This document shows positions 1 through 11,283 of a DNA stretch of 64,000 bases, piece by piece (the first letter of the stretch is position 1; every line of letters starts with the position of its first letter). A program made the translations under genes and the position numbers. This stretch comes from Monocercomonoides exilis PA203 (taxonomy: Eukaryota; Protista; Preaxostyla), in NCBI GenBank assembly GCA_001643675.2, contig LSRY02000055.1, forward strand, positions 372,001-436,000. The letters run 5' to 3'. The notes under the pieces are model-generated. The model made no database searches, was not told the origin of the DNA, and saw only the letters and a list, made by a program, of their open reading frames with translations.

Positions 1-490
1 CCTTTGTTATCAAACAAACTCAAACAATCAAAATCATTGATTTTCACTGAGACTTCCTGAATGAAAATCAATGATTTTGAAAAGATTGAATGTTCAAAAA
101 GGTTCAAATTATATTTCAATGATTGAAATTTTTGAAGAGAACTCACAAATTATTGATGATGATTTTTTTTTTTAATTTTGTGTTTCTAAAATAACAAAAG
201 AATATTCAAAAGAGAATTTCATCCATCATTAAACACTCTATTTTTGAAGCATGTTGAAAGAAAATATTATCTATTCCAATTTCATTTTTGTCGAAATCAT
301 CAATTTCATTAAAAATCAAAAAAACATAATAACATCAATAATTTGTGAGTTCTCTTCAAAAATTTCAATCATTGAAATATAATTTGAACCTTTTTGAACA
401 TTCAATCTTTTCAAAATCATTGATTTTCATTCAGGAAGTCTCAGTGAAAATCAATGATTTTGATTGTTTGAGTTTGTTTGATAACAAAGG
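1..490. repeat. Palindrome P1 (centre only; left arm runs off the window)
   Basis: 1-158 is the reverse complement of 333-490 (cctttgttatcaaac... / ...gtttgataacaaagg), with a 174-bp non-palindromic spacer. Confidence 0.95.
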
Positions 491-1481
491 TGAGCAGAAA
501 AAAATATGAAGTTGATTGTCATTTTTTTGGCTTTTGATTGTTCACCAAAGTCGGAAATTCAATGTTCTGATCAACTTGGTTTCAATAACAATGTTCATGT
601 CAAAGGATGAAATGTCAATGACCACACCCCTGTATGAAAGTTATGATTTCAAAAACAATCACCCATATCATAACTTTCAACACTCAAGTGCTCTTATCCC
701 ACGAACAAGTCTTTGATCAAAAATAATAATTATTATAAAATAAAATAAAATGAAATAATCTCAGACACAATAATTCAAAAAAATATAACTTGGATTTCTA
801 AATACAATTTTTATTTTTGTAAAAGAATGATGTTTGGTTTGAAAAACATTTATGTTTGGATAAAAGAAAAGGGGGCACCTGTTAATAACTGAACAGATGA
901 GATGATAAGAACAATGTGACTTTCAAGAAAGTCCACATGATTAAAATCGAAAAATATTCGTGCTTTTGCAAAATGAAATATTTATTGATTTTTTCACAAA
1001 TCTTCTATTTGCATTGAATTTTGATAAAATTAGTGAACTTCTTTATTGTCAATATTTAACATTCATTCAGTCTTTTCTTTTCTTTTTTAGAAAATAATAA
1101 ATCAGAAATTGGAACTTTTCACACTTTTCGTTCAAACTTATTAAATTAAAAAAAATGATATTGAAATAACAATAACAGGCAATTGCTTGTATTTCTGAGA
1201 CAAATTGTTAAAGACAAACGGAATGGGGGAATATGGAAAAAAAATGAATAAATAAATGATTTGAAAATTAACCAAACGTAAATTCTGGAGATCTTTATTC
1301 GAAACAAAACAAAATTAAAATCAGAGGGTATATTTTTTTAAAGAATGACTCAAAAAATATATTAAAACTTGTCACAATTTGTTTTGTTCATTTTTAACTT
1401 GTTTTTGTTTTCCTACGCTTATTAAAAAATATCCGGATTTAAAAAAAAACCACCACATTTATATTTGCTTTATTTTCATTA

Positions 1482-3148
1482 TCAAACATGAAAAAATAAA
1501 AAAAAATGTAATAAATACATTATAACTTCCTCCAACGAGAGTGACCCACCTCTACAAGATACAACAACCACACTCTGTGAAGAAGGATTTATATTTGAGT
1601 TGCAATCAACTTTCAAATAACTCATTCCAAGATGTCCTGTTGACACGCTGAACAGCGATCCGGTTGATGAAAGTGCCCCTGTTTCGATCGAACTCTTATC
1701 TTTGCCTTTCCCAATGACTGAAATCTTCTTTGCCTCAATCTTAATAGTTGTTGCCTCACTCACATGATTCCCATCCATCAGCGTGATTACCAAGCTAATC
1801 TGTATTTCACACATCTCAAGAGCCTTCTTCACTGTCAGACACGGATTTGATTCATTTGCTCCACAAAGTGGAGTTGTATCACTCCCATTCACCGAAACAT
1901 AGATCGTCTTATCCTTCAGCCATTCCTTCTTTTCTGTGTGCTGATATGTCCAGCTGCTCCCAGTATAATTGTAGGCATAGCACATTCTCTTCTCATCTGT
2001 GTTCGTTGTATAGCACTCTTTGAACGGATTCCCTGACTCTAAATAAAGACTGTAATGATCTGCATATGCAATGTCATGCCCGTATGGTGGATTGGCCGAA
2101 CATTTGCATCCGTGAAAAATAAGAAGAAACAATAAATAATATCATTTTGCGATGTTTGTCTATAAGGATATAATCGCAATCCTCCACCATATGACGATGC
2201 TGAACATGAAATAAACTGAATGCTCCTCATTTTGAATGCTGTAGGAATATTGTAACAATACATGCCTCCACCGCCTGTGCTTGTAAGTGAACATGAAGTG
2301 AAACTGCAGTCAAACACACACGCACTCTCTCCTCCTCCATTTTCTGTTCCAATACAGTTTGTTTCCGAAACCTGAAAATTTTCAAGAAAAAGTCCTCCTC
2401 CATTGTAAGTCGCTTTGCATTTCTGGAATTCACATCCGCTGATCCGAACACACGTTGAAATCGTATAAACGAACACTCCTCCTCCCAAATAATTTTGCGC
2501 AGTACACGAATCGAAGGTGTTGTTCACAATTTCAACCGATTTAATATTATAGCAATGAACTCCTCCGCCACACCAATGCGCGACACATTCATTGAATGCA
2601 CAATGCGAAACTGAAACAGTGGCCGACGATTGACCATACATGAATATCGCACCACCGTTCGAAGCGCCATCGGAATATGTCTCACCGTTTCCTGTTGTTC
2701 TCGAACCGCTCCACTCACACCAAGTGAATGAATTAGCTCCATTGAATGTTTCATTTTGTCTGTCTGTTTTCAATGGTACCTCTGCAGTTCCATTAATATT
2801 AACGTTTCTTGTTCTGCTACATCCGATGAATGAGGTATTAGAAACAGCCAAAGAGGCTATAGGGTTATTGAGGGAAGGAACAATCCCTCCATCGTATGCA
2901 TCGCAAACAGACGAGAATGAGCAGCTGCTCATCAAACATGTGGTTTTGGTTGACATTGTGGTTGAAGACGAACATGCATCATTTGCTGTTGAGATGTTGA
3001 AAAATGATAATTTGGAGAGGGATATTAGGGGTATTGAAGGGGATGAAAAAAATTGGCAAAAAGAAGAGAAATAAAATTCATTCACAGAAGTTCTTCCTTT
3101 TCCTTCTCTTCCCCACGCATCTTGGCAAAGCGTCGCAAAATATCCCAT
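1482..3148 (-). pseudogene. Cassette A: Cys-rich parallel beta-helix (pectin-lyase-fold / Pmp-like GGAI-FxxC repeat) protein, truncated, one homopolymer frameshift
   Basis: ORFs 2039-3148 and 1482-2132 join into the family sequence (SSVCDAYDGGIVPSLNNP...GGAI...FKMRSIQFISCSA...WLKDKTIYVS) if one base is added in an A5/T5 run near 2115. Homology stops at SLSLEEVI (~1520). Confidence 0.85.
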
Positions 3149-5140
3149 TGAGCTTGAGTTCCCCTTATTCCGCCTCTTCTGCTGCTGCTTCCAAAAAGAT
3201 TTTTGTTAGAAAAATTCCACAAAAATTTCTTTCCTCATTCTCTTCAGTTTTTTCCGCCTGGCTCATTCTGCCAAACGCTCTTCAGTTGCTAATTTCTCCC
3301 AATTTCTTCCAGGAATGCCCAGAAAAAAAAGCAGTGTTTCCACATCCCATGTTTCATGCTCCCCCAGCGCTTCTCATAACACCTGATCGCATTACACATC
3401 AATCAAATCAAAAAATAAAAAATGCAAATACAAACAAAAATAAAAAATGGAACATGAAGAAAATGAACAAACAAGAATAAAATACCTCCACAAATCTTCA
3501 TTTCCCTTCACTCCACTCATCCCCTGTTTGCCTCCCTCCAAATACCTCTCACCCCAACATCATCCACTCCAAGCACCACACACACCACGCCTTCGCCTTT
3601 CATATCCAATTTCAAATAAAGAAAAAATAAAATATTGTTTTCATCCGCTCTTCCATTGCCCATTCAACCTCACTCTCACCATTCTTCTCTTCCCATCTTT
3701 CTCCATCCGGCCCTCGACCAAAAAAAAAAAAATATGAAATATTTCTTCTTCCCCTCTTCTTCTCATTCTTCAAGCAAGACTTAAAAAACACTCTGCGCTC
3801 CATCGCCATCCCTCAGGCAACATGTGATGGCTTTCCATGCATCTTTCGGCAATTCACTCAATATCTTCAATAAAAAAAAAAAAAATAATCATAAAATAAA
3901 ATATAAAAAATATATATAAATTCTTATGAAACAAATCATCAAACCTGTCTCCTCTTTCACCATGAAAGGCTCACAAAACAATCGCACATTCCCTTTCCTG
4001 TGCTGCCTCGACTGCCCAGATGAGCATGACTGCATCCCCAAACATCCCCACCCATCAGCTGCCAAAATACAACATCCAAATCGCTTTTGTCACCCCCTTT
4101 AAAATAAAAAATATGTGTGAAAATCCCAGCTGCAATGTGTTCCTCCACTAAACATGCACTCCACCACACGCTCTCCATTCCCCTCCCCTTTCCTGCTCCT
4201 TCTCACAAACATTGTTTCCCTCGTTTGCCTTTCTTTTCCAAAAAACGAACTGCTGAAAAATCATCCCATCAAACACAGCTGCTGCAAGCACCATTTTCTC
4301 CTGTGCGCATCCGCTTCTCTGATCAGCCACAAGCTGAACCCTGCTCCCCGCAAACAATCTCGCTTAGAAATCAAACACTGCCAAACACATGAAATTCAGA
4401 AAATGAATAAAATATATACCCAAAACAAGTTTAATTTTTGTTTCCACACACCCCTCTCAACCACGTCCCTTTTCACTCAGCCATTGCCGAGAAAAAGAAA
4501 ATATGAAAATGATTTGTCAGTTTGAGTCTTTTTTGTTATGGATTCAATGATCATTCAATTTGAAAAAACGGAATATTCCATTCACAGAATGAGAAATCCG
4601 TGAGTGAACATTACCTGTAGAGCTAGGAATATTATTTCCTGTGTGACAACAGACAATGGTGAGATGCAATAATTCTGAAATTCTGACCTGATGATTGTTG
4701 GTAATTGGGTGGCCAAGGGGAACACAACAATTTCATCAATCACACAAAAAGACATAATGTATGTATTTTATATTGTTCTATATGTTGTGAAGATATTTCC
4801 GTCTGTATCCTCTCCAAAGTGCAGGAATATGAGTTATTGTTGAAATGGCCAATCTCCGCTTTGTGGAGCAATGCGAAGGGAATGGAGCAGATTATTATAT
4901 AGGCATTGGGAAATAAATGAAGTTACGCAAGATATATGGTTTTTATTTGGAACAAGAGGTGAAAACAAATTCAATTGATATTTTGTTGAATGAAGATAAT
5001 CAGAAGGAATTCTGCGAAGGATAAAATCTGCACAAAATTATATAGAATTTTGGAACATAAGGTAAATGAGAAGTTTGTGGTATTTTTTTGGGGCAAGGAA
5101 AGTGGCAGGCAATATCGAGGGAAGGATATTTATCACATAA
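3100..5140 (-). repeat. ~2 kb cassette-upstream module, copy 1 (upstream of A)
   Basis: The same sequence lies upstream of D, D' and F. The small spurious ORF GGQGEHNNFINHTKRHNVC recurs at 4705, 24500, 33940 and 46127. Confidence 0.9.
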
Positions 5141-5651
5141 AAGGAATGGAAATATAACAAAGCAATGAGAGTGGAGGTCAGGGACATCAATGGGAGTTAA
5201 ACAGCTGCTGCTGCAGTTAGAAAGATGCACGTGTGTTTTGTGGAATATGCGCAGAGAAGCAAGACTTTCCAAAAATTCGTGCTTAAATGAAAAAGAATAA
5301 TTTGTGACAAAAGCATCAGTCTCTGCCTGTGTTCCTGCAAGAATGGCAAGATTAGTGAAGCACCCTGCAGCTGTTACCGTTCTTTAACTTTCACCGAGCT
5401 GCTACAAGGGCGAGTGGAAAGCTTGGCGTTTCGTTGCCATGGGCAGTTATACAGCAATTTGAGTTGGGAATCATCTTCTTCCCGTCTCCATCAACGGTAT
5501 TTCGACTTCTGCTGGCATAGTTCAGTATTTTTTGAGGCTCTGTTCGGCTGCTAATATAGGGTTGGGCTGTTTTGCTACAGTTGTTGCGGGCGATGGCAAC
5601 AAAGCGACTTTGTCATATCTGCCGCCAACTGCAACAGGCGGATCAGCCTTT

Positions 5652-5681
5652 TTCTTCTTCTTCTTCTTCTTCTTCTTCTTC
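5652..5681 (+). repeat. (TTC)n microsatellite
   Basis: About 10 TTC units; the mirror (GAA)n at ~23726-23752 is slightly shorter. Confidence 0.9.
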
Positions 5682-6675
5682 GTTTTTGTCATTTTTGAAG
5701 CAGACGAGCATTGGCAGCAACGAGGGATGAATTGAGGCAAGCACATGCAATGTGTGTGAGGAGAGCCAAGGGATAAAAGGGCGGGCATGTCCCTGACGTT
5801 CCTGATATTGCCATGACAGAAAATGGGATGTGCGCTTGAAGTGCCGGGGATGAGCGAAGCAGCGCAACGGCTCTGGAGCAGCACACAGCACTCAAGACAT
5901 GCTGTTTTTCCGCGTTTTGTGTTGATTGTGCTCGAGGCAGAGGGAATGGCAGGATGAGTGCTCTTTTTTGTGTGAGTTGCATGGTTGAAGAAGGTGAGGA
6001 AAGGAGGGATGGAAGTGCCTTGTTTTATTTGAGAGGAAGGCAGAAGAGAGAGACGGAAGACATGGATTGAATGAATCAAGGAAGAGAAGAAGGGTTATGA
6101 GACTGAGATGAGAGAAACGAGGGAACAAGAGAAGGAGAAGGAGGAGGAGGAGAAGAGAAGGGAAGTGAAGAAGCGGAAAATGAAGCGGAAGGTTTCGAGA
6201 AGAAAAAGGTATAAGGATTATATCTCAAAAGTCATATTTTTTGATATTTTATCTCAAATTTATTTTCAAATATTCTTTCAATTTTCTTTTCTTTTTTTCC
6301 ATATGTTATTTAATATTTCTTCGGTTTATCTTTTTTCCCCTGAATTTTTATTGTTATTTTTTTAAATGACAAAAGTGCATTTGCATGAGTCGTCAAGAGC
6401 AATGGATGCGAATGGAATGTGGAAAAAAGGCAGAAGACGACAATAGAAGAAAAAAGAGATTTTAGGGAAAGCAAATGGCGAAGAAGGTTATGTTCTTGTT
6501 TCAATTTGGAGGCACTGAAGGAAAAAGATGCTTTTCTTTTGGGGATATGCATTTCAGAAGCAGGAGAAGAGGAAGGAAAAGGGAGCTCAGGCTCATTTGA
6601 ATCTTGATGAATATCTTACTGAGAGGCATGATAGGCTTATGGAAAATGAGAGAGGGAAAGGAAATGTTTCGGTGA

Positions 6676-8073
6676 ATGAATCAAGCTCTATTTCTTTCAA
6701 CTTCCTCAATGCCCCTAATATCCCTATCTCATTTGACGTTTTTCAACATCTCGACAGCAAATGATGCATGTTCACCTCCAACCACTACGTCAACCCAAAC
6801 CACATGTATGATGAGTAGTTGTTCCTTTTCATCAGTTTGTGATGCATATGATGGCGGAATTGTTCCCTCCCTCAACAATCCCTTGGCCTCTCTGACAGCT
6901 TCAAACACATCATTCATCGAGTGTTGCAGGACAAGAAATGTCGAATACACTGGAACTGAAACTAATAAGAAACTACCAGGAAGACAGAATATAACAGACA
7001 ATGGAGCAAATACATTTGTTTGGTGTGAATGGAATGGATCGAAGACAACAGGAACAAGCGATTCTGTCTCAGATGGAAAATCGAGTGGAGGGGCAATCTG
7101 TATGTACAATCTCAATTCTGGAGAACTGACAGTTTTGCATTGTTCATTCAATGACTGCACTGCATACTACCATGGGGGAGCAATCATGTGCCATGCAATC
7201 AAGACGATCAAAATGGTGAGCAATGTGTTCAATTCGTGCACAGCAAAAAACTATGGCGGAGGAGGGGTGTATGCTTGCGAAATACTTTCATGTGCCCTTC
7301 TCAGTGGGTGCGACTTCCAGAATTGTAAGGCGCACCACGATGGTGGAGGGTTGAGATTGGTGAATTTTCAGGTTTCAGGATCTGGATGCATTGGGGAAGA
7401 AGACGGAGAAGGAGGGAGCTCGTGTGTGTTTGACTGCAGTTTCACTTCGTGCTCTCTTGCAAATAATTGGGGTGGAGGCATGTATTGTGTGACTGTTCCT
7501 GCAGCATTCAAAATGAGGAGCATTCAGTTTATTTCATGTTCGGCTGTGTCGACTGGAGGAGGATTGTATTTTTATCCGAATCAAGCAACAGCGCCAAATG
7601 ATAAAATTTATTGTTATTTTTTGTTCTTCCATGAATGCAAATGCTCAGCCAATCCTCCATATGGGCATGATGTGATGTATTATGATCGCTATAATCTCTA
7701 TTTATCCCAAAATAATCCATTTCATGAATGTTACACAACGAATACAGATGAACAGAGAGTATGTTATGGATATGATTATACGGGAAGTAGTTGGAGATAT
7801 GACCAAACAATGAAAAAGGATTGGCTGAAGAGAGGGATTCTCAACCGATTTGTGGCAGTGAGTGGAGGTGGTGAAGAAGAGTTGTGTGGATTGGATGAGT
7901 CAAGCGCATGCCGAACCATTGGTGTTGCAGTTGAAAAGAGCGTGATCCAGGTGAGCCTGTCAGTCACGCTGATCGAAGGGAATCACACAAGCGAGACAGC
8001 AACAATTGATATTGGAGAAAAGAAGATTATTGTTGTTGGGAAAGGAAGGGAGCGCTTTGTTGAATATATCTGA
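6676..8073 (+). pseudogene. Cassette B: beta-helix family copy with alternative C-terminal subtype (RGILNRFVAVSGGGEEELCGLDESS), truncated
   Basis: 465-aa stop-free ORF with the family motifs. The upstream GKGNVSVNES segment is in another frame, and homology ends at IIVVGKGRE. Confidence 0.85.
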
Positions 8074-8949
8074 AAAGAATGAGATTGAAGAATGGAAGAA
8101 GAAGAAGAAGAAGAAGAAGAAAGTCAAAAAGAAGAAATAGCAGATGCAAGGCTGAAAGAAAAGAGGAATGGAGTGTGGTGGGAGAACGAGTTCTGACAAA
8201 AATGCAAGAGATAATAAAGTGCAAGAATGATCAGAGACAAGCAGAAGAATCTTATTTGAAATGATTTTTTTCTGATGGCTTGTCGGATTGTCATTTTATT
8301 TGATGATCCGTTCTGGCAAAGTGTTGATGTGAAATATGTCGAATTCAGCACCTGCTTTTCTGAGTTTTCCATTTGGAAAAGCACGCTGAAGGATGATGTG
8401 CTTGCCTGACATGTTGTTATTCAACCAAAAAAATTGCCTTCTGTTGATGAATAAAATGAAACAGAACAATCTGAAATTGCCTTTTACACTTTCATTGATC
8501 TCATGTGTTTTTCCTCATTTTTTTGTTTTTTTTTTTTTATTTTTGTATTTTTTTTTTTTGAGTGATTCATTTTCTATTTTCATTTTTTTAATAAATATAT
8601 TCACTTCATTTTGCGAGGCATGCTGGTCAAGAGAAAGAGAAAGCATCGCAAGTGCTTTTCCGCCGATGCCTTTCCTTGAGGTTTTATAATCTTGAGTTTG
8701 TTTAAAAGAGCTCTTCCGTTTGTTTTCCCAACTGAAAAGAAAGAATACCTTCACAATTCAGGCAAACGAATGTTCTGCTCAAAGGCAAATGAAGTGAAAT
8801 TTTGCAAACAAAATAATAATAATAAGAATAATAAGAATAAGAATAATATTTTCCCAGCAATAAACAAAACAATGATCAGTGCTTTGAAAGAGAAAACAAG
8901 AAGAAAAGAAAAGAAAAGAAAAGAAAAGAAAAACGATCCATTCGCAAAG

Positions 8950-10207
8950 CAACAGCCTGACGCAACAATGCAGCCTTCGTTCTCTTCTTCTTCCATCTTT
9001 TCCAATAACTTTCTTTTCCTCTCTTTTCGTTTTGCGTTGAGGCTTTCACTCTCCGTCTTTTCTTTCAGCTTTTCACAAAGATTTCTCAGAAGCTTCAATT
9101 CATCCGCAAGTCACGCTTTTGCTCCATCTGATCAGATCGTTCTCAAAAACTGCATCGGCTGCTCTGCTTTCTGACAAGCCTTCAGCTTTCACATCTTGGT
9201 TATCCACTGCACCTTGGAGAATATTCATCCATTGCTTGCTGATTTCTCCATCATCACCCTTCGCTTCCCTCAACACTCTCGCAATAATGCCCATAGCCAC
9301 TCCAAATTCTTCATTCTTCTCACAACATTAGCGGACATCAGGCTTCTAAGCAACGAGCCATCTCGATGATAATCTTGTCTTCTTTTCCCCCTTTCGCTTT
9401 TCCCTTCCTCTTCCAATCCACGCGTCCTGTCCGCTCTTCCAGTTCCTTTGTGCCCTCTCCCCCAAAATGCATCTCGTTGGAGACAAGTTCTTCCAAGCCT
9501 CCTTCACAGAGGACCCTGCCCATCAAAAACATCTTTGCACACCGATATTCAAGCTGCGCCTCATTGTGACTCCCCATGGTGATGAAAGATGATATCTTCC
9601 ATCTCCTCCCAAAGCTGCTCTTTGTTCAATTTCTTATCAAAAATGAGAGTGCAATTCAAAAACAGCAAAAATGAAGTTGGCGGTTCTCAAATATCAAATT
9701 CTCATATTTTGCTCAACACCAACAAATCCATCTCTTCTTCTTTTTTCAACTTCCTCACTTTCCTCTTTCCTCTTTCTTCAACAAGACTTTTAGAAGACAA
9801 GTCACGCAGATTGGGAACAACTTTGAAAAAAAAAAATTGGTTGTTAAGCAAAAGATAGCATTCACAAAGACAAACAAGACTATTTTCTTTCTTTGTATCT
9901 TTCTTCTCATTTTCACAAACAATCATCCTTTCATTCTTTTTGTTCACCAAAGATTTTTCAATGCATTGATTCCATGCATTTTCCAGCTCTTTGCAGCATT
10001 CAATGTGCTTCGACAAGACATATGCATTCTCTATCGACTGTTTCTTTTCTTCAACCATTTTGTTCATATTATCAAACAGTTCTTTCGTGAAAATAGATTT
10101 CAATTCTTCTTTATCCATCTCGTTCATCGCTTCATTCTCCACTTAATTTTTTGCTTCTGCTCTTCCTTATTCCAGCATCCAAGCCCAGAAAACAATTCTT
10201 CAATGAA
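8950..10207 (-). pseudogene. Decayed member of a Lys/Glu-rich helical (ARM-like) multicopy protein family typical of Monocercomonoides
   Basis: Fragments in several frames: EEQKQKI / EMDKEELKSIFTKELF..MVEEKK / LCECYLLL / NEMHF..ELEE..VDWKRK / LLEKMEEE. Multiple stops and frameshifts. Family recognised by eye. Confidence 0.65.
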
Positions 10208-11283
10208 AAAAAGAAAGAAATGCAATAGACAAGAATTCTAATGCAACAATGAATGCAAGCCTGTGAACTTTTTTGTGTTGCCCATCTCCAACATTTTCGA
10301 AAGCACGTTGCATTCAAAAAAACAACAAAATTTTTATCATTTATATTAAATTTGCATATGTTTGGAAAGAAGAAACAGGTGAAAAAAAAAAATTTAAAAC
10401 TATCAAAAAAAATAAATAAATAAATATCGGAGGTCACACCATTCTATCTAATATTTGCATGTTCGCCAAGGAACAATGAAGAGAAACAATGTTCAATATT
10501 TTCATGCTGGCTATTATGGATATTCAGATCGTTGAGCTTGAAAGAACAAAATTATCCATCCGCCAAATGAGGGATCGCTAAACAAAATATTGTTGCAGAA
10601 TAAAAATTTTTATGTTCTGTGGCGACACGAGGCAGCAACAACAGTTCAACGAATTTGAAGTTTTGAATAACAATATTTGTAATTTGGGCATTCAAGGAAA
10701 TGCAACAATTTAAATTTTGAATTCTAATAACTGGACGTATGTATATTCATCATTGAAATTTGTTTTTAAGATTTCTTCATCAATCACCTTTTCAGAATCC
10801 AGGCATCTGTTAAATTGTTCAAACAACTGATCCTTTATTTGCAGCCCAGAATACCATTGAATGGGGCTGAATATTGTTATGCATATAGTAGAGGAAATGA
10901 TGTGAGCAAGGGATTGTTGGATGAAGGATGAAAAATTATTTGATGAAGAATGAATTGAAAGAATACGAAAAAAATGGTACAGTTTTATTGAGATTTATAT
11001 TAATTAATTTTATTTTTTTAAATTTCGTATTTTAACAGTTATTGTAATTTTTTAATTTTTTCTGTTGCTCATATTTTTTTATTTTTTTTTTTAATTTTTT
11101 TTTAATTTTTTTTTAATTTTTTCTGTTGCTCATATTTTTTAATTATTTTTTGCAGTATGTGTGAGATTCTTTTTATGCGCAGCAGAAGAGTTAGGAAAAA
11201 AGGCACAGATATAGCGGGATCTATTCTAAATTCACAATGAGAGTCATAGTATGCTTGTTGTAAAGAATGCAGACATATAGCAA

